This document shows positions 36,711 to 51,388 of a DNA stretch of 64,000 nucleotides, in pieces; the stretch's first letter is position 1, and each line of letters begins with the position of its first letter. The translations under genes and the position numbers were made by a program. Source of the stretch: Laetmonice hystrix. Its lineage: Eukaryota. Location: contig OZ249444.1 of assembly GCA_965235115.1 (NCBI GenBank), positions 19,406,001 through 19,470,000 of the forward strand, written 5' to 3'. The notes under the pieces are model-generated. The model did no database searches, had not been told where the DNA came from, and worked only from the letters and a program-made list of their open reading frames with translations.

Positions 36711-39506
36711 CGCTGACATGCCGGATGAAGAGGCCGCACCTCTGTAGCCCAGCTCTGGGTGTGACTAGTTCCCTATACCCCCGGGACCCCCCCCCCCCCC
36801 ACACACACACACAGTAATCAAGGCTGTGGGGGAGGGGGTGGGAGGGGTGGGACGTTCTACCCAAACCCTCTGGTCATATCGGCCGTGGACCCTTTGACTG
36901 CTGCCACCGGTCGTAATAACTAACCTCAGTTTGCCTCGGGTGTATAAAGCCATCATTGAACGCAGCCAGGGTATATAGAGAACGTGGGAAATGGCTACCA
37001 CCCTTCACTCTCACACCCCTGCGTCCCAATATATATGATTGCCGTCTGATACCATCTGTGATACGATGGATCTTATCAACACCACCTTACCGGCCGCCAA
37101 TTTACACCACGTGATTTTTGAATGGACTCGGGGGCAACCAATTAGCAGGACGTTACATTTATGGTGATTGTATTCACCCGGCGACATCAGCGCCACCTGG
37201 ATTACATAGTGCTGCTCTGTCTTCCCATCAACCATTGCGTCACACACTTGTAAAACGTCATAAAACCAACGCCAGGGAGGGCCTGCCTTGTGTTTCGAAT
37301 GTCACAACTGCCAATTAAGACGCGAGAACAACGTAGTTTTGTTTGATTTGCATAAAGCGTTGACAGGAGAAGAGGGTATCGGAAGCATTAACAATTAGTA
37401 CCTTTAATATTATATGGTAATGTAAGGTGGAGTGAGGGTGAGCATGGTGAGGATCCTGAGGCGAGAGGTCAGCTCGGACCGTCATGATCAAACAGTATGT
37501 GCCGGTAGGCGGCACACTTCAAGGGGGTCAGACTTACCTGGCGGTCTGTCGTCTTACCTGAGGCTTTGTAATCAGGTAACGAGGGACCTCTACCTGAAAC
37601 ACTACTCATAGACGGCCACTCAATGAGACTCGACCACACACCTATACATACCTGTCTATATGACTAAACAAATAACTTTTGTAATTAAACATATAAAAAC
37701 AAACATGCATCATACATATCGATCGCCATCATACGAATGTACATAGGTACATACATGCCAATACGTACATGTACATGGATGTATATGCACCTATATACAA
37801 GCACGTTTATTGGCCGACACTGTCTAAAGTCTGTAGAAGGTCAGTTATTTGTATGAACCAGCACGGAGAAGTAACCATTTAGAGCCAGACTGCCAGGCCA
37901 GAGGCCCGAGCTTGATGAGGTACTTATTATGGAATACAAATTGAAGCGGCGGTGATTAAGGCAGTCTCTCGGAAAGTTATCTATGAGGGTCACATTGTGT
38001 GTTGATTGTTGGCCGGGGCTGGGGTCTGATACACCACACAACATTGACTGATTGTCTGTCTATCACTGGTTTCATTCACACAGGGGGTTTTCTCCAGTAC
38101 ATTACTCCGGCTGACTGACGGCCGCCGGGTACGGTAAGGGGTGATGGATGGGCTGGGGGTGGGGTGAAGGGTGGAGGGTGACGGACAGTTTGACTTCTGT
38201 CCGATCCCAATGACGGCCCAAACCAAACCCCACACAAACCAAGGGTTGTATACTATACAACATATAAATCATGATGGTTTATAACGGCGGGAAGTCCGGG
38301 CACCCTGACAGTGAAAACCAGCTTTGTGGGGCGCTTAGGGAGACACAATGAGTAGGAGCCATCAGTACCAAGAAGGCGACTGTTCTCGAGGAGAGAGAGA
38401 CGACGGCTGTGTCCAAGCCGACCTGACTTGTTTGTGATGGAAAGTGAAGGCAGGAGGTGGAAAATGCGAGGCATAGATTTACGTGAAGTTGACGTGTGCT
38501 GTGAGAGAAGGTAAAGTGTATAGTGGGACCGGTCGGTGCTCACGCGGACAGCGGTGGAGGTGTTGGGGGTCGGGGTGGGGGAGGTAGAGACCGGCTCCCC
38601 GCAGAGCGCTCACCGCCCGGCCCTTGTCTGCCCCCACCCCGGGGACTCCCCTGGGATGGTGTCCCCACGTACGCCTCACCTGGCCGGCAGAATACCCCGC
38701 TCCCCATGCTATTCACCCTCACCCGGTAAACCCGGCCCTGGTCTGCCGTCAGCCGAGAGAACTGAGAGCAAATATTGTTAAATACCCGCTGGTTGGCGTT
38801 TGGTAAGGCTTGGTAAAAAGGAGGGCCGAGGGAGGGGTTAGGACGGCCGGGTGACTCGAGAGACCCTCAGAGAGACGGGAGTGGTGTTGGGGGTGGCCGG
38901 ACACAATGCCACCCCGCCGCTGGGGTGGAGAGGCCGGGGCGCGCCCGCTGTGGGGTGGAGTGAGCACTGAGAGGGAGGGGGTGGTAGAGGGGCTCGCCGA
39001 CTTGTAGAAAAGGAAACATGTTCACAAACTGTGTCACTGTGCTACTGGCAAAAAGAGAGGAAGACATTCAGTACTGGCACTGGCGCACAGATCGAGCAAG
39101 TGTAACTTTATACCAACTCTTTGTTCGTTCAATATGACATCACTGCTATAGGCAACATGGAAAAAAACACGGTCATATTTCCTCATTAGCAGCATACAAA
39201 CAATGATGCTATATATCTTAGATATATCTTTATTTTGATCTTTTAATGCACTACTGGTTGAGGACACCGTGTTGATGGAGAACTTTATACAAATGGCCAG
39301 ATTTGTTTTAGGCTTTAGTCTCAATGATTATGGGCCTACTATACGTGTTATAAGAAAATAAAATGACACCACGCCCATATTAACCCCCCCCCCCACCCCA
39401 CCCCCACCCATACTAAGCGTCCTATACCAGACGTCACCTCCCAGCAATGACAGACGGTCTGCTGGAGTCACGTGACTGCCCCACTTTCCTAACGAGTCCT
39501 TGCGCA

Positions 39507-39520
39507 GTGCCCCCTGGTGG
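39507..39520 (-). promoter_or_regulatory. CTCF-consensus motif CCACCAGGGGGCAC
   Basis: Exact consensus match on the minus strand, about 30 bp from GTCACGTGAC at 39467. Confidence 0.55.
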
Positions 39521-42022
39521 AGCATGCTGTGACATCACTGCGTCAGGTAAACAAACAGTTGCACCGATCGCGCATTTTGTAAATAACGGCCCCAGCACGA
39601 TATAATAAATAAGATTGGTCTGCTGCTGGTCTCTGTAGGAGAGGCAGTTAAATGTGAATCAGAACTCAGTGTCGGTAGGAATGATCGTCAGTCACACGGC
39701 TAGTCGGTGATTCCGTCTCACGTCTGCCCGATCTGAGGAGCTGTCATGGCAATTGGTTGAAATAGGATCTCTCTTGATTTGTATTCATAAACTTTTAGCA
39801 TGCAAAGTAAGAAGATCTACAGTATAAAATCAAAATGAAAGTTTTATTCTAGTATTTTAACATCCACCTAGCGGTTTGGGCCTACTCCTGCCGTGTACAC
39901 TCTTGATTCTTCATTTCATTTTGCTACATTGGTAAGGCTTTACTCAATTATGTGTATCTATAGCGTGTATCTGTATCTATATGTAACTATGGAAACAGAT
40001 AAACAGATTATACATGAACTCAAGATTATAATCACGCCCCCCCCCTATACCGTCCAGAGAGTGGTTCCTGTTGGGCACCCCCTCCCCCTCCGATGTGGCT
40101 CAGTCCTCAGTCTCGTTATGACACGGACCGGAAGTCCGTGGTGGAGATCGCCGCCACCTACCGGCATTTATAAAAAATAATGCCCTCAGAAGTTGCTGTC
40201 TGTTCTGTGATGTTGGTCCGTACGTCTGTACTTACAAGGCGCTGTTTGCCGACACGTGAGGAACGGGGGCATATCGTACACGGCCAACAGATCATGACTT
40301 TATTCACGCCTTCCTGAAACAACCAATTGGTTGTGTGATGGTCTCAACCGCCGTCTTTGAGGAGTCCAGTCTGGACTATATTGGCGTAAAATTGTCCACG
40401 TATTCAAGGCGAAACCGTCGGTCAGCGGAAGGGATGGCGACATATGGCCGGCCGTGGGCGACCACGGGGTATGGCTTCTATTGGCAGACAGTGGGGGAAC
40501 ATATGGAAGTGTGGTTTACCGGCATTATAGTATCAGCATAAAGTCTGATGGTATCACTGTCCGAGCAATTCAGCAGGGATTGTAATGTAGCACTCGGAGA
40601 CTTGTCTGCCGAATTGGTTGATTGATCGTTCTGCTGAATTGGTTAGGGGATCGGTGTTAAAGAAGAGTGATCCCTAAGCTTGAGACAAACAAAGTTCTGT
40701 ACGAATTAATACGGATTCACAAAGACACGATGTTCCTTGCACTGGCTTTAGTTACTTTCCGATTTAAAAAGAAGTTCTCAGACATGCGGTGCCGCTTAAC
40801 CCGACTCGGTTTGACATCGTTATCGTCAGTAAGAGAGCGGGGATTTTGGGAGAATTTGGGAGAAATTTATTATTTTATTTTATTCATTTATTTATTCATT
40901 TCTGAACGTCCAATTCATTGTTTTCAATACATCTCTTTAAAAGACAATAGAGTATTTTCATAGCACCAATGTGAACACGTTTTACTTGAAGTCAATTTCA
41001 CCAACGTTGATTTCACCAAGGCCTGTATAACGGTGGTTAGGTGATACCCTTTCTTCATTATCATGCAGACCATACGGGTTCCGTTCCGTTGCCCAGGTCG
41101 GATTCCGTAAGCCGAGGTCTGTCAGACGTTGTTGGTGAGGCGTCCAGGACGGCCATGTTGTGGCAGCGGCTGTTGTAGTCACGTGACCCGTAAGGGCAAA
41201 GGTCAGTGGGCCTGCGCGCGCCAAGTGCTCCATCTGTTCCCGGGAGCAGACGAACGATGCTGTCAATCAAATATAATCTTCCGCTGACCTTCCTCCTTAT
41301 CACAAACGTCTCACTTTGATTTTTACCTTCTCCTTTGATTTTCTGCTTTGAGTTTCTCCTTCGCTTTCTCCCTCATTCCTCCTCCTTTGAGTGTCTTCAA
41401 TCATTCCTCGATTTTCTTAGAGACGTCTCCTTTATGCCTTTCTTCCGTTCACTCCTCCTTTCCCCCTCGATCTCTTTCTCGCGGACGACTTACTTTGACT
41501 TTTGCTCCTTACCGTCGTTTGTTAGTCTGCATGGAGACTAAAGAAGTTATGATCGATTAATGCCTTCTTTGATTTGTTGACATCCAACCACAAAGAAAAG
41601 ACCCCCGATTTTTAAAACGATAGGAAGTATAGGAATCGTGTAAGTTGTAATGGGAATGTTGATAGATGGCTTGTACTGCCCACATGTTTGTCATGTACTG
41701 CCTGCAAACTGCAGCCGATCTGACACGGTTTGATGAAGTCACGTGACTGCCCGCGGGCGCAATGGATACCGCGGAAGTTGCAGATGTGCGCGTCTCAAGT
41801 CGACGTGTTCGGTCGCTATGAAAACAAGCAGCTCCGACAAGCGGCCAATCGTAAGGACGCGCCAAGACAAATTTTCAGTGGTTGTCGGTGTTTTCAGTGG
41901 CGTGGAGAGCGGCCGATCCTGGGCCGGTTCTGGGCTGTGTGCCCGGGGCGGTAGGTGTAGCAGAGGGATCGGTGCTCATGGGATAGCCTTGATGTTCATC
42001 ACGTGACGACCTGATCTGTTCG

Positions 42023-42036
42023 CCTCCAGGTGGCGC
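42023..42036 (+). promoter_or_regulatory. CTCF-consensus motif CCTCCAGGTGGCGC
   Basis: Exact consensus match. Confidence 0.5.
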
Positions 42037-44186
42037 TACGCTCGGTTAGCGCTGACATTCATATAAACTCTGCTCAGGTTAGGTGACTTAGGCCTACCTG
42101 TGGCTGTCTATAGTTGAGGGGGAGGCTATACCGTCCACTGTGACGTAGACCTATGTGAGAAACACCTAACCTATCTAGGTCATAGCTTGGTCTTCAGAAA
42201 CATGTATTTTGTAGACCTCATGCTCAAAAATATCTTATTTAGGCCTAGTTCTTAAAAATATAGGCGAATCTGATTATAATGAGAGCTAGGGCTACTTGTT
42301 TTATTTTAATCCCACTTTTTAATCATTTTTTAAATAATTTTTTTTTAAACTGGGCAGATTGGTAGAATAACTAGCTTAGGCCTAGGCCTATACACTTATG
42401 GAAAAGAATGCAAGTTGTTTATCAAGAAAAGCAATGTTTTGTCTGCGGTTGAAGCGCTCCCTTTGGATCCACCTGACTGGTGCATGGGGGGCGGGTGGTA
42501 GGGGGAGGGGGCTCCAGCCCTCCTCAGCCCCCCCTTGTTACTATAAGGACTATAGCCGACAGTCATTCCTTAACACCCCTGAGCACCCTCCGCCGTAAAC
42601 ACCCCCTCACCCCCGCCCCGACCCCCACCACCCCGACCACAATAAGAGAACGTCAGCGCCACGCTCGGCTGACAACGCCCCCTCGCGGCCGTCACCCACT
42701 CAAGGTTATCGCCAATGTTATCTCACCTATTATCGCCCTGTCGCCGTTAATACGATAATGCCCGGTGGCCTTTGTCAAACGGCCTCCAACAGGTGAGCGC
42801 CTCTGAAAGGAGAGTGTATAGTCGGCTGATCTTATCTGAGGTCCTCATTAGGCGGTTGTGCTGGTTCTATTTAACAGGGTATCTTAATTAATTCTGACCT
42901 GTACCAGAACTGAGCAACGGAGCTCACATCCTGACGGTAGAGGGCGCGCAATTCGACACCGCCGCCCCGCCCGCCGCCAAACGAATGTCGCCTGCCAAAC
43001 GTTCAAATTTCGTCACCCCTCCACCTGGTAAATGTTGCCCATCTTTTTTTTTATCTCCACTTTACAATTGACTGTGTGTATAAATACCCAATCTCACTTG
43101 GTGGATTTACAACATCTTTATGCCCCATCCAGCCCTGGAGGCTGACAGTTCAAGTTTTATTTCAGTTCTAAAAGGGCCTAGGCATATGAGGGGAAATAGC
43201 TATGCCGAACAAAACGTGTGTTACACATTAAGATGTAGCCTAGGCTAGTCCTAGATCAGAGGCACTGTTCTGAACACAGTGCTGGGTTGTTATCTAATCT
43301 CTGCCAATTCAAAACTCGATGTTTGAAAGGATTAGGGGGGTGTAACATGAGCCATGTCGACCTGTCTTTAAGCTGGTCTTTATAGACACTGAGAATGATA
43401 TCCTGTTGTGCCGGTTATCGCCCACCCTGTCAGCTGGGGTCAGTGTATAGGATGTCAAATATCATCTTACGGTGTGCTAAACAAACGGCAAGGATTCGGG
43501 TGGTTTATTATCCCTGGGGGTTCTCTACCACACCCCAGGGCACAACCCCAGGGGTGGACAATCATACCACGTGTGTGCTTACGTCATCATAAATCCCACC
43601 TATAACAGGTGGGGAACTCGAACGAACTGGACGTGGACGCGGTAGGTTAGGGCTAATCGTCTGAGCAGGTGATTGTTTAGAAATGGTTGTGAGGAACGGC
43701 CACTACCCATGACACTCTACATCCGGGGATCGTCCACCTAGCGTGTAACAGTGAAATCGACACCGCCAGTAGTATATCGGAATGTCACTCAGTCTCAGGG
43801 TGAGAGAAGTTCGGCCACGATGTAACTCCTTATGAAAACTAGATAGGCTAGGGACCTGCAACTATATATTAGTTTTAAATTAGGCGTAAGTAGCAGGATG
43901 TTATAGCGGCAGTGTCTATTTTAGATACGTCGAGCTTACGAGATATTTAGTCGGGCTTCCTTTATATGGATAGTGGCTATACTTGTATTCACCAGACGGG
44001 TTCCTGTCAATCAGACATTATCTAACTCTTTCCTACAGAGTGTGAATTAGTTATTTTTTCTCATGGAGCAAATTAAACTCGGAGCTGTATTATTCTCTCA
44101 CCCTTCCAGTAAGACCACAGCGGGAACACTGAAAGCGAGTATTATATATATCACAGAGAGACTGATATACACCAAGTGCTATCGTA

Positions 44187-44200
44187 GCGCCCCCTGCCGG
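44187..44200 (-). promoter_or_regulatory. CTCF-consensus motif CCGGCAGGGGGCGC
   Basis: Exact consensus match on the minus strand. Confidence 0.45.
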
Positions 44201-47200
44201 TCGGTCCGAGGTCAAAGCGGTGATATCTGATAGAGAGAGATAGCAGCGATAAGGCGGGGTGCACCTGTACTGACTGGGAAGGTATGGGGTCGGGTTACTA
44301 GACGCCGAGCGACGAGAAGTCCGTTTGTGGGAGGGTCTGTGGGTCTCACTAGGGGGCGTTAGGGTCCTGCCTCCACGTCCCGTGCTGGCAACAGTTTGTT
44401 GATACATGTAGCAGGTGTAAGGGCTCACGTACCGTGTATAGCTACTGTAGGTAGTATAATGGTAGATACATACAAAGGTAAGGAAAGGACGCCATTAGTG
44501 GATGCTGAGGAGAGAGCAAGGAGACTTCGATCACCCACTCACGTGTACTAACTTTTGCCAGCCCGTCTTGGGTTAAAACCCGTTTGGCCCCTTGTTGCTT
44601 GTCTTTCACTGGTCCTTTTTTCCTTTGGGACCTTCCAAAATAAACGCCACATGATCTTGATTAAAACATGAGTTCTCTTCGCGCTCATAACCCCCGTACT
44701 ATGGCTATGCCCGCCATTTCCTTGTCCATGTTCAGTCTGGTGTTGCTCCTGGCCACTCAATGTATAAACATCACCCTCATCAACCTGGTGGTGGTATTGT
44801 TAGAAGTTACCATGTCCAATGCGGCACTACTCACTGTACACCGGGTCTATAGACGATATAGGTTTATCCTGACTGAGGTTTATCCTATAACTGGTCTCTG
44901 CAATCAGTCATATTAACCTAAGGAGCATCCCTGGCCACATGGCACTCATGACGAGGGAGGAGGGACCTGCGGAAATAGAACAAGTTATATTCCGTAGGAA
45001 ATCTGTGCAAATCCTATCTCAGCACCTAAATTAAAGGGGTAGGACAAAACTATGGACACAAATCTATATCGTCTATAGCCCCATCCGCCTTGTCCTGTGG
45101 CAGGCCACGGTGATCCAAACCATTCCTTGGACTTCACACAACTTTCGTTAACATAAATACATCCGAACTACGAACTCCTTAGACGTGGATCCAGAAACTT
45201 GCCACCTCTGTACACCCGTTAAAAGATTACTACTGTATAGTAGGCCTATAAGGATAATACGTTGTGCAACAGTTGAGCCTGCCATGCCGGAGCTGTGCCA
45301 TGGGAACCTGGTGGTAGACATGGAGGCATGGTGCAGCGGCATTGTTTTTGTTACTGAGGAGAGAGGTCGTGGCTTGTTTTCCTTTCCTGGTGTCCCATTT
45401 CCATCTTCCTCTCCACGTCAATCATTGAGGTTAGCGACGCTGCATGTGCTCGTCCTCGATGGCAGTGACTAGAACCCTAACGTGTGTACAACGTATCACA
45501 CGCCGACAGCAAGCAATACAAACACATATACTATGAGATGTCTCTGCGAAATTCTCCTGCCCACCTCGCTTGTCAATCATGATTTGTTGTGATGGCAACC
45601 GTCGGAGGAGGTACTGCGACAAGGTGCTACCATCTTTCCTACACTATTCAATATCAACACGGTTAACATATCATCACAGTCAGCAAACACTGCCACTGAT
45701 AGCTAGCGCGTTTAGCTCGGATGCAGCTAGACTGATGCAAGCAAAAAGGCAACACTCTAGCCAGGATGTGGGCTGTTTGCTGAAGATAAGAACGATATAT
45801 GACATTCTTGGAATGCGATTTACTAAAGTCTTGGTGTGCAGATGGAGGTTAAAGGTCACCAGGAACCCCTCGGCTGGGAGGGAGGGGGGTACATGGGGGT
45901 ATGAAGTCGTGTTTTATGGGGTACAATAAGGCGTCTCATGGTGCATGCGTAACACATGTTATCACCAGGACCATGGTGTGTAAAACTACCGGTAACATTT
46001 AAATCTCCGGAGTTTAGGTGGCATGGCACATGAAAGATAATACTTGATATGTGTAGTCAATAAATGGTTGCATAGAATGGTTAATGACAAATACGATTGA
46101 AGTAGATGATATTACCAATAAGAGAGTATTAGGCCTATATCCTTGATAACATCAGATCTATTCTGACCGTTGGGTTCTTCGACCATACCAAAGTTTCGAT
46201 AAAGTAGACTTATAGTTATAATAGTGGTCATACATACAAAAATATCATGAGGATATGTACATGTCTTTCTAAACGAGGTGGCCAGTAGACGATTAAAAAA
46301 ATGTGGAGGTCTAAAATTGTAACTCTGGCATCTGAAAGGGATGCAGGCAGTCTTAAAAAGATTTTTTTTGTTTTGCCCCCCCCCCCAAATAAATTCGAAA
46401 ACTAAAGCCCCCCCCCCCCCATGGTCCGCCACTTAGTGAATGTAATTGCACGAATCAGTTAACGTATATAGGTCAGCAGGTAATTTAGTAATAATGGGGC
46501 TGGTGAATACAGCAGGCAAAGGCGGAGCAAAGTCACCGTACACTCTGACTTAGGACGGAACTAGGCCTTTTTGATCCATGGTTCTCTCCAGTTATTTCAG
46601 TTTTTTGGGGTCAGTTTAAGAGATATCCAGTGATGCCCCTATGACACAGCGATGTCTCCAAGACGCACTGAAACCTTCACACCATGGAGCAATGGTCATC
46701 GGAACTATAAAATCTCACATTCTTTAAACATATCTGTACATCAGTGAAACTTTATACGGTCAAGCCATCCATGTGAACGCCACAAAGACCCACTGCCTGG
46801 AGGACAAAAGGAGGTTTTCTCAGCCAGGACATGATCTGACTGAGTCGGTGTTAACCCTGTGGCCGCCGCCGTCAGGGCTGTGAGAGGAGACCGGGGTGAG
46901 GGTGGTGATGTTGTCGGGGCGCCCGGCGGGGTATGGCCGGGGGCGGCGACTGGAGGTGTCGGTGGTCGCCCTCAGGGCCTGCTACACGTGGAGTAAACAA
47001 GGCAGCCTTACTGGAGGCACGAGGTTGCGGATCCAGGCAGTTGCGGGCCGGCGGGTCGCCTCTGAAGTCGCCTCCGGTGTCTCACCTTTACCGGCCAGGC
47101 CACCTCCTGAGCACGCTGACGCTACTTGCCGACAAACACTCTGATATCTAGAGGCGCAAAGATGCTCCGGCGGTGCCTTTTTAGTTGGCTCTCCCCCGCG

Positions 47201-48659
47201 GCGCTCATTGTTTGCGGAGCGGGAAGTGCCTGAGGTGCTGATGGGAGAGTGATTCTGAGCTGGGAACGGCTGGGGCCGAGAGCGGAGGCGGCGGCGACCC
47301 GGGAAACGGACACTCCACGGCCGGGCACCGTTACACGGCCACGATCCCCCGGCTAGGCCCACGCTGAAATGGAGCGCGTTGTCCTCTGTCAAAACCCCCG
47401 AGGGCAAGTGCCCAGCCAGGACCTGAGCCCTGGCTGGTCGGGAGCGCGGGTTTTGGCCACAATACTCTCAGCCACAACTGTTTGTTCTAAGTGAAGTGTC
47501 CCCGGCGTCTTTGATCGGGGAGTCGGTGAGAAGGGTCCACATGGCGGGTATATAGGACTAGGGGAGCCGGCCGTGAGGCCCCGCCGGGAGCGTGTGTCCC
47601 CGCCGACCGGACGGCGTGTGTCCCGGCCCGGAGGCTCACTCCAGCCCCGGTCTCCACACGGCCGTCCCCAGTCTCCCCACGTGGCAGGCGGCGGTATCCT
47701 CCACCCATCCTTTGATCTCAGGTCATATTACCTGTACATACACAGTGTGAAAAGGCCAGCTCGCCGAATTATTTCAAGCTATTTATTGTTCATAGAGAAC
47801 ACAGCCGTTGGAGGAAGCATGTTCATCTCACAGTATGTGCCCTTGATTTGCCATGTTTTGTTAAGGTTTTACACACATCTCCCTGTGTCGCTGCACCATA
47901 TTTTACCCCAGGCTACTGCACTGAGATATCTGTGGTAGTTACTTCCACGCTTACTCATCATGGCCACATCTTGCCATGGGCACTGAACAGGATGGTTGTG
48001 TTCGATGAGGGTAACAGCTAGTCAGTGCAGAGATGGTGGTAGGGATTATGTCAAGATCTCTAGTCAGTGCACCCATGGCCTGGAGGTCGATGTTGTAAAC
48101 CTGTACAACCTGTAGTTGACTGCACCTTGTCGTCATGGTTGATCCTTATTATTGGATAATGTCTGAGTCGGTATGGATGTCGGCTCATAGAGTTACTAAA
48201 CATCTAAATGTTTTAGAAATGTTAGGTTTTATTGGTTGCACTAGGTAGGAACATGATCTATGATCTATGATATGGTTACGACTCACCGGCTTTAGTATCC
48301 TTAGATGTCTATATATTATATTATTGAAGATCCTTGCCTCATATCAGTAATTCTGTAGTATTTAGCACATTATTATGAGATGGGACTTCTTCTAGTAGCA
48401 CTAGTAGCTACCTTTCTCGATTTCACGTTTAGCTCGACTGTATCTAATATAAAATAACTAGACGGGAAAGCCTCACATAGTTGGCATATCGTGTTAAACT
48501 CAGCTTTCAGCGTGACAGATGTGCAACACGATATCACACATCCAATTCTGCTATTAATACTCAGCTGTCAAGTGCAATGGTAAAGTGACATTGTTTCTTG
48601 GACCCCTGCTTGTGCACCGTCAATAAGGGGAACTCCCTTAGTATGCACGTGGCTGAACT

Positions 48660-49400
48660 ATAACTGATGGTATATAGGGGGTTCATACCCCGACTGTTGT
48701 ATACCACGGGGTGGTATACCATGTGTGTTATATACTCCTGGCGTCCTATCCCACGAGGACTGGGTAATCAACATGAGGTACACTCATGTACCACCGTGTT
48801 ATGTTGCGTACCCTCGGAGTTAACCCCCTTTGTTTTGTACCTGGGTGTTATATCCATGGGGGTTGTATACTATGAGCATGGCATCCCTGAGAGTTGTATA
48901 CCCTATAGATGTTGTCCCTTTAGGGTTGTATGCCATGTGTGCTATATCCTGGGCGTTGTACCCCAGAGGGGTGTATACCTCAGGTATTGTATCCCTGAGG
49001 GGTGTATACCTCAGGTCTTGTATCCCTGAGGGGTGTATACCTCAGGTCTTGTATCCCTGGGGGATGTATACCTCAGGTCTTGTGCCCCTGCATGGGGGTG
49101 TATGCCCTGTGGGTCTTACCGCTAAGGGGGTTATACCCTGGGTGTTGTGCCCCTTAGGGGTGTATTACATGTGTGATATACCTATAGGGGTTGTACGCCT
49201 GAGGGGTGTATACCTTAGGCATGTTTGTCGTACCCCCATGTGTTATACCTTGTGTGTTGTACCCCATTTTGTTGTTGTTATTTTTTGTGGTAGATGTTTT
49301 GTGTGTATTTTTAAGCCGTGATGGTTGTGTACCCAAAGTGTTGTACCCCTCAGGGATGTATACCCAGTGAATCATACCCTGGGGGCGTGTACCTGTCTGT
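48660..49400. repeat. Degenerate GTATAC/ATACCC-rich repeat with a 31-bp core array (about 48961-49090)
   Basis: GTGTATACCTCAGG at 48971, 49002 and 49033; the flanks are a decayed version of the same vocabulary. Confidence 0.8.
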
Positions 49401-51281
49401 GTATTGAATTGTTGAAGTTGTCCCTCCCCACCACACCCCGTCGACATGTCAGCCTACAGTTAACGATACTGTCAATGATCCCATGTCAATGACACAATGT
49501 GGCAGGTTAGGGTGACAGGTCAGCATCACTGCCCCGAGAGAGGAGGCGCACGCTGAATTCCTTAGTCCTGTCCAATCTAGTGCCTGGCCTCCTGAAGGGC
49601 AAAGACAATTACCCCTGTAGGGGTTGGTTTATGGCGGAATGTGGGGTTCTGTCTGCGGCATGTGGTGTGATCGGTACGAGGCACCGAGTCATTGTGGCCG
49701 TGGTGATTGGTTGTCCGTGTCACGCTCCGCTCGGCCCGGCTACGTCAGTCCATACACAAACCCAGCCATTCCTCACGCTCTCTCAACTTTTTATAGTTTC
49801 TTTTATTTTATTTGGTAATCACGTGATATGTCCAGGCAAACTCCTTCACATGAGCCTCTCGCTTGTGTCGACTCTCACTGCCACAGGCGGACGGATTACT
49901 TACACCATAGCAACAGTCAGTGGGAAACGCGGAACACGACCTCTTCACTCCCGACAATAAAATAGTCCCTACAATAAATTATAAACAATGTTCTCTGAAT
50001 AGAACTTATCATGTTGTTGCAGCTTTATTATGAGAGTTATGTGCTATTTAAATATTTCAAACACAAATTGGGTGAAATATAACATCAATGCTACCTATTT
50101 TAGGCGTGTGAACTTGAACTCCAAAAAGACACTTGTTGCAGTGAGGCCACGAAGGGGTTCATGGGATGGAGTGTACAGGATGAAGGATGTATGCGCAACC
50201 TTGACGTCTTGACAAAATGCCTTGCCTACAGAGACAGGGAACTGTCTGAGTCTGAGATAGCGGTAAAAGGGACAAATATTTTGCCACCTGTATTATCGAC
50301 ACTGAAAGAGATGAAAGGACTTCTTGATCTGACTGTTGTCGTCTCCTTGCTGCCTCCTCTCCTCGCCCGGCCTTGTTTTCTGAGACAATGACCTTGGGCT
50401 AGGGAATGGCCGGATCGTCATCTGGTCATATTTAGTTGATTGTCTATCACAAAAAGGGCATCCACGTTCTCAGGGATTGGGCGGGGATCCCAGCCTTTGG
50501 CCACTGCGGCCGTCAGAACATTGTGTTATATCGTGGTCCCGGACCTCTCCTTTGCTGGGAACATCTCTGGGGAAACAGATAAGACCTCATACTGTGGTAT
50601 CTATGCACGTGGTAGGGCTAATGATTCTGCTCTAATCACAGTAAAACTCATGTATGAAACACACAATGAGAACACATCCCATGAGACAAAAACGAGCATC
50701 AGTTCCTGCAGATGACGCCAGGACGCGTTCCAAGGCATCGCTTTGTCCCGCGTGGACGCGCGAGACAGCGCGCTATGCAGAGATGCTGGTAGACCACCTA
50801 CGGAGAACATATTTGTCATAATGCTGGCGAGCTGTCATACTACGACCTACAATTGTCATAGATTCCTCTCCTGATTTATTACTACAGACTATTACATATA
50901 GATTACTAAATGTCGCTTTGTAATAAGACTAAATTCTCTCTGCTTCCATGACTGCCCTTGCGCATGGCGGTATGGTCCTAATAAGTACAGTTTACTTGGT
51001 GCATGCACAGCACATAAACAACAATATCGACCTTGTGGAATTGTTGAAATTCAAAATCAATATCATATGGTTGAAAGACTGGGCATGTATGTACCCTTGT
51101 ACATCGACAGAACAGCATCCTGGGATAGAATGTACTCCATGACACCAGCGTTCCATGTGGCGGCTGGTCGGTCCCAGCTTTACACCTGGTGGGACGCTAA
51201 CAAAACAAACTGTCCCATTTTGATCCCTACAGACAGCCAGTCTGCATTGTCCCTGGAAATAAACCCACCTCTCAGCGTCCC

Positions 51282-51388
51282 AATCCCAGTTACTGCAAGA
51301 CTAGTATCTCTACCCCAGTCACTGCAGGCCTGGTATCCCTACCCCAGTCACTGCAGGCCTGGTATCCCTACCCCAGTCACTGCAGGTC
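51282..51388. repeat. 29-bp tandem repeat x about 3.5
   Basis: TACCCCAGTCACTGCAGG at 51311, 51340 and 51369. Confidence 0.9.

Noticed and set aside
44668-44916. 82-aa ORF with a hydrophobic signal-peptide-like stretch
   Set aside because: Short, with no family resemblance and no supporting promoter or splice context; compatible with chance.
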